From positions 1,578 through 25,866 of the forward strand of contig JBBDRK010000076.1 of NCBI GenBank assembly GCA_040905465.1: 24,289 nucleotides of DNA, in the 5' to 3' direction. Below are positions 1-7,782 of this stretch, piece after piece. Each line of letters starts with the position of its first letter. Position 1 is the first letter of the stretch. The notes beneath the pieces are model-generated. The model was given only the letters and a program-made list of their open reading frames with translations. It was not told the DNA's origin and searched no databases. Origin of the DNA: Trueperaceae bacterium. Lineage in GTDB: Bacteria; Deinococcota; Deinococci; Deinococcales; Trueperaceae. Made by a program: the position numbers and the translations under genes.

Positions 1-380
1 CGAGGTTCCCTGAGATCAGAATGCTGTCGAAGTACTCTGCGATACCGGTCGCTTCGATCTTGGTCGTCTGAGAAAGGCTCGAGCCGTTGCTGAAGATGGA
101 CCGCCTCGAAGCAACGGGCGCGAAAGTCTTGCAGCAGCTCCTCTGCGCCGGCGCTCAATTGGAACTCTGCGCACAAGGTCTGGTAGAGCAGCCCCTTATC
201 ACCGTAACCGTTGGCGTCGAGTTCCAGGAAACGCCGGGCAAACTCCTCGCCGTCGTTCTTGCTCGAGTCCGAGAAACGGGCGAACTGGCGGGGCACGAAC
301 TCCAGGACCGAGCGGCTGCGGTCGACCAGGGTACCGTCGAGATCGAACAGAAAGTCCATATCCATGCGACCCCTGCTCAT
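1..380 (-). pseudogene. HAD-superfamily hydrolase (YjjG/YfnB-like), frameshifted with an internal deletion; runs off the window
   Basis: Manual translation from ATG 380 gives ...MDFLFDLDGTLVDR... (HAD motif I DxD). At about 97-101 the homology switches frame to IFSNGSSLSQTTKIEATGIAEYFDSILISG (motif II region). The usual intervening 'PG..E.L..L...G..LG' segment is absent. Confidence 0.75.
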
Positions 381-478
381 CGCGGGAGAGTGGAACGCGG
401 AGGCTCCTTCGGCGTCACCAGTTCGAGACCCGGAAAGTAGTAACGGTAGAGCCGAGGATCGCGCGTAAGGAGTCTCAT
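377..478 (-). pseudogene. C-terminal remnant of a PIN-domain (VapC-like) toxin
   Basis: The 33-aa ORF MRLLTRDPRLYRYYFPGLELVTPKEPPRSTLPR* resembles the LLTRDxxxYRxYFPxLxLxxP tail of a VapC/PIN subfamily. The N-terminal PIN core is missing. Confidence 0.55.
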
Positions 479-496
479 CCTCCTCGCGTCGGAGAC

Positions 497-889
497 CTAC
501 CCGCCGGGCCGGCGATTTTCGTCCTGTTTCAGGTGGTATCGGATGCCCTTGCCGGCCAGCGGCTCGTCTGCGAAGCGTGGGACCACATGCAGATGGGCCT
601 GCGGTATCGTCTGCCCGCCGACGCGGCCGACATTCCATCCGATGTTGTAACCGTCGGGAGCGTAACGAGCGTCTATCCACGCCTTTGCTTGGTGCAGGAG
701 TTCGAACGTCGCTGCCCACTCCACCTCCGTCAGATCGAAAACGGTCGCGCGAGATTCGAAGGGCACGATCAAACCCGAACCCGCGAGCACCTCACGCCCG
801 GGGATGGTCAGGAACGCGCAATGTTCGTTTCCGAGGGTCAACTCCTGCTGCGGAAAGCTCTCCATGTCGAAGTGCGGCGGCAAGCGCAT
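497..889 (-). CDS. HIT-family nucleotide hydrolase
   Basis: Contains PDGYNIGWNVGRVGGQTIPQAHLHVVPR. Start placed at ATG 889, 5 nt after a -10-like TACCCT (900-895); alternative ATG at 865. Confidence 0.85.
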   Translation of the reverse strand: MRLPPHFDMESFPQQELTLGNEHCAFLTIPGREVLAGSGLIVPFESRATVFDLTEVEWAATFELLHQAKAWIDARYAPDGYNIGWNVGRVGGQTIPQAHLHVVPRFADEPLAGKGIRYHLKQDENRRPGG

Positions 890-1047
890 GCGACAGGGTA
901 ACAGCCGAGAAAACCTTGATCGAGCGGTTCGAATGGGTGCCTCCCCGCGCCCAGATCGGGCGGCAGGGCAACCCGCTCGGCGATCACCTGGGCAAGCGCC
1001 CCTTCGTTCAATCCGGCACCATGCACCAGCTTTTCCAGGTGTCCGCC

Positions 1048-1083
1048 TCGGCACAGTACCAGACGTCTGGTATAGTACTGGTA
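1048..1083 (+). promoter_or_regulatory. Putative gntR promoter with overlapping operator
   Basis: TCGGCA-N17-TATAGT with TG extension. Perfect 16-bp palindrome TACCAGACGTCTGGTA (1057-1072). Motif TCTGGTATAGTACTGGTA (1066-1083) is shared with the ABC operon promoter. Confidence 0.6.
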
Positions 1084-1159
1084 CGAGCGTAACCGGAAGT
1101 TGGTCGACCTGTCAAAGAGGTGCCTCGTCGCTCGCGACGATCCAGGGAGGCGGTAAACC

Positions 1160-1972
1160 ACGAAGTCGTTCCTGGTAATAGATAAGCGTCTACCGACGCC
1201 GGCGTATCTCCAGCTTCAAGGTGAAATCGGTAGGGCAATTGCGTCCGGCAAGTTGATTCCGGGGACGGCCCTGCCCTCCGAGCGGGCACTAGCTCAGGCG
1301 CTGGCCCTCTCGCGTATGACGATACGCAAGGCGCTCGAGGAGCTGGTTGCCGTCGGCTTGGTCGAAAAGCGTCAGGGATCGGGCACGTACATTCGTGAGC
1401 TGCCGGTGGAACAGACCATAGACCGACTCGCCGGCTTCAGTGAGGAAGCCGCACAGCTTGGGTTTCGTCCCAGGAGCAGATTTCTCGATGTGTCGACTCA
1501 TCCGGCTGATCCAAACATTGCTACGTCGCTCGGTGTCGAGTCGGGTCAATCGCTTCTGCGGATAACCAGGTTACGACTTGCCAGCGATGTGCCACTTGCC
1601 TTGCAGGTGGCGCACCTCGGACCGATACTCGCGGACCTTTCGATCGACCGCCTGCGAGGGGTGGGCTCGCTCTATCGGACGATAGAGGCTCAGTTCGGAA
1701 TTCAGCCGAGCAGGGCGCGGCAGAAAATTGCTTCACGACTTCCGACACCGTGTGAGCAGGACCTCCTCGAGATCGGTCCACAAACTCCGGTACTTGCTCT
1801 GGAACGGACGACTTTCGACTCAGAAGATCGGGCATTCGAATTCGTTCGCAGTGCCTATCGCGGCGACAGGTACCGCATGGCGCTCGACCTCCGTTCGTCT
1901 GGCGAAAGCCATCCGGTTGCCGATACAGTCGCGGTGGTCGTCGGACCCGATCCTCACTCCGACGTTCCCTAG
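1160..1972 (+). CDS. GntR-family transcriptional regulator, HutC/DasR/NagR subfamily (wHTH + UTRA)
   Basis: IDKRLPTPAYLQL...PGTALPSERALAQALALSRMTIRKAL...QGSGTYI, then a UTRA-type C-terminus. The conserved frame extends upstream of TTG 1253 to an in-frame TAA at 1154. Proposed start is ACG 1160, 9 nt after AGGGAGG. Confidence 0.9.
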   Translation, partial: TKSFLVIDKRLPTPAYLQLQGEIGRAIASGKLIPGTALPSERALAQALALSRMTIRKALEELVAVGLVEKRQGSGTYIRELPVEQTIDRLAGFSEEAAQLGFRPRSRFLDVSTHPADPNIATSLGVESGQSLLRITRLRLASDVPLALQVAHLGPILADLSIDRLRGVGSLYRTIEAQFGIQPSRARQKIASRLPTPCEQDLLEIGPQTPVLALERTTFDSEDRAFEFVRSAYRGDRYRMALDLRSSGESHPVADTVAVVVGPDPHSDVP

Positions 1973-1987
1973 TGTGGGGTGACAGAC

Positions 1988-3580
1988 TCAGTAACCAACG
2001 GCCTGCCCGTCTCTGCGCTGGTCCGAGCCGGCGACGTAGCCATCGTCAAGCCGGTAGATCAGCTGTGCCCCTCCGAACAGGTAGCTTTCCCGCACACCGT
2101 ATTCGGTAATGCGGTGCCCCCGCTGACGAAGCCCTTCCAGGACGTCAGCTGGAAATCCCTTCTCGACGGCAACCTCCAGTCCGCTCATGACCCGCCATCG
2201 TGGCGCATCTGCAGCAACCTGGGGATTTTGTCCGAAGAAGCAGGTTCGAATAACCATCTGAGCATGGCCCTGAGGTTGCATCGGCCCGCCGATCACACCG
2301 AAGCTCATCAACGGCATTCCACCACAGGTTACGAAACCGGGCATTATCGTGTTGAAGGGACGTTTATACCCGCCAACCTGGTTGGGATGCCCCGGTTCGA
2401 GGGTGAAAAACGAGCCACGATTCTGCAGGCTGATTCCGGTGCCGGGCACGACCAGACCCGAACCGAAATTGGAGCAGTTCGATTGGATGAGAGAGACCAT
2501 TATCCCGTCGGCATCGGCACTCGTAAGGTACACAGTGCCGCCGGATCTGGGCACTCCGTGTCCTGGATCCCGAGCCATCTTCACATCGAGAAGCCGAGCA
2601 CGGTCGGTGAGGTAGCCGGCATCCAGGAAGTCCGTCGCGCTGACCTCCATACAAGCTGGCTCGGCTACGTAGCGACGCACATCGACGAGGGCGAGTTTCA
2701 TCGCTTCTATCTGCAGGTGCAGCGAATCCACCGAATCGACAGCGTGGTCGCAGAACGGCACATTCTCAAGCAGCCCCAGCATGATGAGGGCCGCTAAACC
2801 CTGGCCGTTCGGTGGCAGTTCATGCAGTTCGACATCGCCAAAGGCCTGTGAGATAGTGTCGCACCACTCAGATTGATGCATCGCCAGGTCGGACCCCGTG
2901 AGCAGTCCACCCGATTCATCGGAATACGCGGCGATACGGTCGGCCAACTCTCCGTGATACAGGGCAGCCCCTTCCGATTCAGCGATCAGCTCCAGTGTTC
3001 GGGCCTGCTCCTCGAATCTGAACACTTCACCGGGAGCCGGCACGCGTCCGTTCGGCAGGAAGTACTTCGCGAAGTCGGGGTAATCCGCATAGTCCCCAGC
3101 AACGGTACTCCAGAAATGTGCCGTGATCGGTGAAACTGGAAACCCGTTCCTTGCATACGCTATGGCGGGGTGGAACAGTCTTTCGAATGGGAGCCGTCCG
3201 AAGCGCTTTGAGAGCGCCACCCAGCCGGAAACGGCACCCGGCACCGTTACCGTATGCCAACCCCTCAACGGCATTTCCGTCGCTCCCACCAGGTGATTCG
3301 GGTCGAGAGCTCCCGGAGAGCGCCCGGAGGCGTTGAGGCCATGTAGGCCCGAGCCGTCCCAAACTATGGCGGATGCGTCGCTGCCGAGGCCGTTGGAGGT
3401 CGGTTCGACTACGGTAAGGGCGATCGCCCCGGCAAGCGCCGCGTCGACTGCGTTACCTCCCTCGAGCAACATCCTGATTCCGGCCTGGGAAGCGAGTGGC
3501 TGGGAGGTGGCCACAACGTTTCGGGCCAGGACGGGCATGCGAGCCGACGGATATCGGTGCTCATAGTCGAGAGTGCTCAT
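1988..3580 (-). CDS. ggt: Gamma-glutamyltransferase-family Ntn hydrolase, cytoplasmic (YwrD-like)
   Basis: GGNAVDAA, VVEPTSNGLGSD, GTVY (nucleophile Thr), SLIQSN..FGSG, LQNRG, KRPFNTIMPG, GGPMQPQGH, SDQRRDG. No signal peptide. Confidence 0.92.
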   Translation of the reverse strand: MSTLDYEHRYPSARMPVLARNVVATSQPLASQAGIRMLLEGGNAVDAALAGAIALTVVEPTSNGLGSDASAIVWDGSGLHGLNASGRSPGALDPNHLVGATEMPLRGWHTVTVPGAVSGWVALSKRFGRLPFERLFHPAIAYARNGFPVSPITAHFWSTVAGDYADYPDFAKYFLPNGRVPAPGEVFRFEEQARTLELIAESEGAALYHGELADRIAAYSDESGGLLTGSDLAMHQSEWCDTISQAFGDVELHELPPNGQGLAALIMLGLLENVPFCDHAVDSVDSLHLQIEAMKLALVDVRRYVAEPACMEVSATDFLDAGYLTDRARLLDVKMARDPGHGVPRSGGTVYLTSADADGIMVSLIQSNCSNFGSGLVVPGTGISLQNRGSFFTLEPGHPNQVGGYKRPFNTIMPGFVTCGGMPLMSFGVIGGPMQPQGHAQMVIRTCFFGQNPQVAADAPRWRVMSGLEVAVEKGFPADVLEGLRQRGHRITEYGVRESYLFGGAQLIYRLDDGYVAGSDQRRDGQAVGY

Positions 3581-3676
3581 CGACTGCTGCCAGTCTGCGA
3601 CTGCGGGCGACGGGACCGATGGGCCTCGCTGTTACGACCTGCCGGAATCCAGCTAGACCAACCACGAGTCATTTCC

Positions 3677-4510
3677 TCAATCCTCCCAATCTGACGGGAC
3701 CGTGGTGGTGACTACACGAGGTCGAATCGGGCATCGGACGCAAGGAGGGTTTTCATTACGGCCCTCTTGCAACAGATTGGCTACGACCTTGAAGCAGTCG
3801 CGCAGGCGGAAGAGCGTAAACTTACATTCTCCGACCTTTGCAGTGCGTTCCAGCCCTTGTCTCCTCATCTCTTCGCCGTATCTTCCGTCGCCCGTAAGGG
3901 GGCAACTTCTCTCGCGCCACCCCCATGTTCTGACTGGAGCGATCGAGCCGTCGGGCATGCGCACAGGGTACTCTTCGGTCCGCTTGCCTAGACACGGGGC
4001 GCCCGTAACGACCTCAACGACATGGTGGAAAGTGTTCACCTCGTATCCGACGCCCATGAGAAGACCGTAGCCACCTGCCTGCAGCAGCAGACCGAGTGGC
4101 GAATCCTCGCCCATCGTGAGAGTGCGGTGATGCCCGTTCACGAACCTCGACGACCCGCCGCCCCAAGCGGCGAAGGGATGCGTGGGATTCAGGCTCCGGT
4201 ACACGGCCGGCATTCGCCAGAAAGTATCGGCGATCACGCCGTTGGTTGTGGGTGTAGTCGCCGGGTCGTATATTCCGGCACCGCCTTCGCCGAAGGGGGC
4301 GCCGTGGTTGAAGGAGGGCATCAGTAGAACGCCAGCAGGCGTCAGCACCTCCAGCAGGGCATCAATGACGGTGACGGGACCGCCCTCGACCCGTCCGAAG
4401 CTGCTGAGGGAGCTGTGAACCATCAGCTTCATCTCGGCGTCAACTCCGACCTGGCGCAGGCCCGAGAGAATCATCTCTTTCGTGACTAGAGGGGATGATA
4501 CCTGTGTCAC
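3677..4510 (-). CDS. AAC(3)-family (Antibiotic_NAT) N-acetyltransferase
   Basis: MVHSSLSSFG..EGG..TVIDALL, LLMPSF, DPATTP, RSLNPTHPFAAWG, DSPL, LLMGVGYEVNTFHH..E. GTG 4510 has a GGAG SD 5 nt upstream; alternative GTG at 4525. Confidence 0.88.
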   Translation of the reverse strand: MTQVSSPLVTKEMILSGLRQVGVDAEMKLMVHSSLSSFGRVEGGPVTVIDALLEVLTPAGVLLMPSFNHGAPFGEGGAGIYDPATTPTTNGVIADTFWRMPAVYRSLNPTHPFAAWGGGSSRFVNGHHRTLTMGEDSPLGLLLQAGGYGLLMGVGYEVNTFHHVVEVVTGAPCLGKRTEEYPVRMPDGSIAPVRTWGWRERSCPLTGDGRYGEEMRRQGLERTAKVGECKFTLFRLRDCFKVVANLLQEGRNENPPCVRCPIRPRVVTTTVPSDWED

Positions 4511-4535
4511 TCTCGCTCCGGCCACCGTCGCGACG

Positions 4536-5363
4536 TTACTTCAGCGCTCCGGCGGTGAGGCCACGGATGAACTGCCGGGACATGATCACGTAAAGAGCGA
4601 TCACCGGTAGGGCTGCTACCGTGAGACCTGCGAACAGGACCGCCCAATCGGTACTGTATTGACCCATGAAGACGGTAAGCCCCAGAGGTAACGTCTTGAG
4701 ACTTTCACTCTGAATGAATACGAGCGGAAAGAAGAAGTCATTCCAAACCGGCACGAGGTTGTAGATCGCCACGATGACCAGGGCAGGCCGGATGAGCGGC
4801 AGCATGACTCTGAAGAGGGTCTGAAACTCGCTCGCGCCGTCGATGCGCGCCGCGCTCTCGAGGTCCCTCGGTAGCGTCCTCAGGAAGCCGGTGAGTATGA
4901 ATACCGCGGACGGAAGGCCCTCGGCCGCGTAGATGCAAACCAGGCCGAGCAGGTTGTTCGTCAGGCCCATCGACTTGAACTGTATGAACAAGGGAATGAC
5001 GGCTAGTTTCAGCGGGAGCATCAGGCCGGAAAGGAAGAACAGATACAGCAGTTCGTTGCCCTTGAACTGGTACCGGGCGAGCGCGTACGAGGCCATTACC
5101 CCTAGAACGAGGATCAGCAGGATCGCGCCGCTGGTTACAACTACCGAGTTTCGAAAGTAGAGTGTGAAGTTGGTCTGCTCCCAGACTCTGATGAAGTTGG
5201 CAAGACTCCAGACATCCGGAAGGCCGAACGGGTTTCTGAAGATCTCTCGCGTGGACTTGAAGGCGGTCAGGCCCATCATCACTATCGGATACAGGATTAC
5301 GACCGTATGCGTTATCAGGATTATCTGGATCAGACTCTTGCTGCTTAGGTTCCGCAAGTTCAT
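4536..5363 (-). CDS. Carbohydrate ABC transporter permease (MalG-like)
   Basis: Hydrophobic TM segments, EAA-like loop LESAARIDGA, WNDFFFPL, C-terminal FIRGLTAGALK. ATGA overlap with the upstream permease stop. Confidence 0.93.
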   Translation of the reverse strand: MNLRNLSSKSLIQIILITHTVVILYPIVMMGLTAFKSTREIFRNPFGLPDVWSLANFIRVWEQTNFTLYFRNSVVVTSGAILLILVLGVMASYALARYQFKGNELLYLFFLSGLMLPLKLAVIPLFIQFKSMGLTNNLLGLVCIYAAEGLPSAVFILTGFLRTLPRDLESAARIDGASEFQTLFRVMLPLIRPALVIVAIYNLVPVWNDFFFPLVFIQSESLKTLPLGLTVFMGQYSTDWAVLFAGLTVAALPVIALYVIMSRQFIRGLTAGALK

Positions 5364-6328
5364 GACAGTTCCATCTCGCGTTTCCGCAGGATTCGCGTCC
5401 AGACGATCGAAACCGTAAGGACGAACAGGAAGAGGAGAACTGCTAATGCGCTGCCGCGTCCGAAGTCCTGGAGTCCCGCCGAGACCTCGCCGAAGGCGGT
5501 GCGGTAGAAATAGAGGGCCAGGACGTCCGTCGCCCGTCCGGGCGGACCGTCCACACCGGCCATCGCATAGGGCAGGTCGAACCAGTTGAAGGAACCGATG
5601 AAGGTCAGGATCACGATTATGGTTACAGCAGGCGCGATCAGGGGCCAGGTAACGTAGCGCGCAATGTGCCATTCGTTTGCCCCGTCGAGTTTCGCGGCCT
5701 CGAAGTATTCGATAGGAATGGACCGAATCGCGGCCAGAAAGACGATTATCGGGAAGCCCAGCCAACGCCACATGTTGACCACGATTATCGACATGAGCGC
5801 GGTCGACTCCTGGCCGAGCCAGGGCTGCGACAGCGACTCGAGGCCTACCGATTCGAGAAACTTGTTGACGAGCCCGAACAGAGGGTGCAGCAAGAGCTTC
5901 CACTGGAACCCGACCAACACCATTGCGAGGGTAACGGGAAGAAAGAAGACAACCTGGTAGAAGCGCGTGCCCCTGGGGTTGGACCCAAGCAGGAGTGCCA
6001 GGAACAGGGCCAGCCCATTTTGAACCGTCATTCCGAATGCGAACACGATCACGTTGTTTTTGAAGGCGTTTATCGTCCATGCCTGATATGGCGGGTCGAA
6101 GAGTACGCGGCGGAAGTTGTCCAGACCAGCGAAACCTTCGCGAACGATCCCATTCCAGTGGAACAGGCTATATATCAGCGCGGAGACGATCGGGTAGATC
6201 TCGAAGACGATGAAGAAGATAGCTGGAGGCAGCAAGAGCGTGGCGAGCCACAGGGCTCTCCGGCGGTGGTAGCTCAGCCTGAATCTGCTCCTGCCGCCAG
6301 CCCCGGCGACAAAACGTTCTACGGCCAC
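5360..6328 (-). CDS. Carbohydrate ABC transporter permease (MalF-like)
   Basis: FAGLDNF, GLVNKFL...QPWLG, EAA motif YFEAAKLDGA, multiple TM helices. Confidence 0.93.
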   Translation of the reverse strand: MAVERFVAGAGGRSRFRLSYHRRRALWLATLLLPPAIFFIVFEIYPIVSALIYSLFHWNGIVREGFAGLDNFRRVLFDPPYQAWTINAFKNNVIVFAFGMTVQNGLALFLALLLGSNPRGTRFYQVVFFLPVTLAMVLVGFQWKLLLHPLFGLVNKFLESVGLESLSQPWLGQESTALMSIIVVNMWRWLGFPIIVFLAAIRSIPIEYFEAAKLDGANEWHIARYVTWPLIAPAVTIIVILTFIGSFNWFDLPYAMAGVDGPPGRATDVLALYFYRTAFGEVSAGLQDFGRGSALAVLLFLFVLTVSIVWTRILRKREMELS

Positions 6329-6349
6329 GTTAGCCCTTTCACTCCTGGG

Positions 6350-6387
6350 TCCCCGCCCCCTATAGGTAATGCGCGAGGGGGCGGGGA
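6350..6387 (-). other. Intercistronic stem-loop downstream of the SBP gene (mRNA stabiliser or partial terminator)
   Basis: Perfect 12-bp inverted repeat TCCCCGCCCCCT-N14-AGGGGGCGGGGA. No U-tract follows on the coding strand. Confidence 0.7.
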
Positions 6388-6419
6388 TATTCGAACGAAG
6401 CGTTATTACAGTTTCTGCT

Positions 6420-7664
6420 CTAACGTTGCTGGAACGGTTCGTAGTATTGAGTTATGCCTTCCGTTACTTCCTTGGCCAGCTGTTCTGGGCTCATGCTGCC
6501 GGCATACATGCCCGGAAGGCGTTGCTGCATAAGGACGGACCCCGTCGGCGCTTCGTAGCGGAAGCCGACGAGCATGATGTAGGGTGTCGAGTTCTGATTG
6601 AACTCGGTGACCTTCTTCAGTAGCGGGTCGTCAGATACGACGCCTGGAATCGGTGACACGTTCGCGAGCTTGTCCGTGAGCTGTTGTCCGAATTCCGGCG
6701 AGGCCAGGAACGTGACGAACTCGATCGATTCCTCCGGGTGATTCGTATCAGCGCTGACGGCATACCCACCATCGAGGAACCAGGAGACAAGCGGGGTGTC
6801 GTCCGCCGACTCGGGCGGCGGCGCCATGACGTCGAAAGCCAGGTCGGGGTTTTGGTTGCGAAAGTTGGCAATCTCCCATGAGCCGCCCGCGTACATGGCC
6901 GCGAGTTCGTTGAGAAACAGGTTTTGAGCTGTTGCCCGGTCGACACCCGAGAATTGGGGAGCCATGTACTCGGTCAGTTCGCTGACCTTTTCCAGGGCCT
7001 GGATGAAGCGTGGGTCTTCGAAGGTGGTCTCACCTGCAACGACCTGATCGAAAAAGTCTGCCCCGTAGAAATTGGGGGCGAAGACTCCGGTGAAGATTTC
7101 GGCTTCCGAAGCCGTAGCTGTTCCGTTCGCCAGGGCAATGTAACCGGCATCCTCGATCGTCTTGGCGGCCGCCAGGAATTCATCCCAGGTCTCAGGAGGC
7201 GCGAGTCCGAGTTCGTCGAAGATGTCGGTGTTGTAGTAGACGATGAGCGTTTGCGAGGCGAACGGAACGGCGTACACATTACCGTCCTCCCTCAGTCGCT
7301 CCCCATTCAGGGCGAGATCGGGAAAGTTCTCGAGTGCATCCACCTTGTCGTCGAGCCGCATCAGGTACCCGGGTGCAGCATATGTTTCGAAGTTGCCGTA
7401 TGCCCGCACATGGATTATGTCCGGCGCTTCACCGGCCGTAAAAGCGGTCGTAAGAATCGTGTCGTATGTGGTCGATTCGAAGGCGTTGTAGTTGATGCGG
7501 ACCCCGGGGTGATCTTCGACGTAGCCGGCAATGATCTCTTCGTACGCCCACCTGTCCTCGACACGCCAACTCCAGAAATCCAGAGTCACCTGAGCCGATG
7601 CAATGCCACAGAGAAACATGGCTACCAGAACTATGCGCACGGGCGTATACCGCCTCGCAATCAT
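6420..7664 (-). CDS. Carbohydrate ABC transporter substrate-binding protein (family 1)
   Basis: Sec signal ending ASA-Q, then TLDFWSW, GEAPDI, YAVPF, YYNTDIFDELGLAPPETWDEF, AAMYAGGSW. GAGGAG SD before ATG 7664. Confidence 0.93.
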   Translation of the reverse strand: MIARRYTPVRIVLVAMFLCGIASAQVTLDFWSWRVEDRWAYEEIIAGYVEDHPGVRINYNAFESTTYDTILTTAFTAGEAPDIIHVRAYGNFETYAAPGYLMRLDDKVDALENFPDLALNGERLREDGNVYAVPFASQTLIVYYNTDIFDELGLAPPETWDEFLAAAKTIEDAGYIALANGTATASEAEIFTGVFAPNFYGADFFDQVVAGETTFEDPRFIQALEKVSELTEYMAPQFSGVDRATAQNLFLNELAAMYAGGSWEIANFRNQNPDLAFDVMAPPPESADDTPLVSWFLDGGYAVSADTNHPEESIEFVTFLASPEFGQQLTDKLANVSPIPGVVSDDPLLKKVTEFNQNSTPYIMLVGFRYEAPTGSVLMQQRLPGMYAGSMSPEQLAKEVTEGITQYYEPFQQR

Positions 7665-7782
7665 GAGAACTCCTCTCGAACGCACTTGCACGTAGCGGCC
7701 TCCATTCACGTGGAGTCACGTGAAGGCGTCCCGCTGCTTTCGCTGCTGGCTACCGGTAGACTTTTGCCGTCAGGCCACTGTG

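Noticed and set aside
3677-4510. Calling the AAC(3) homologue a bona fide aminoglycoside resistance gene
   Set aside because: Family membership alone is insufficient; its context with an importer and the missing acidic loop argue for caution.
4536-6080. 514-aa permease as given in the ORF track
   Set aside because: The N-terminal 239 codons overlap the upstream permease out of frame; the real start is ATG 5363 (ATGA coupling).
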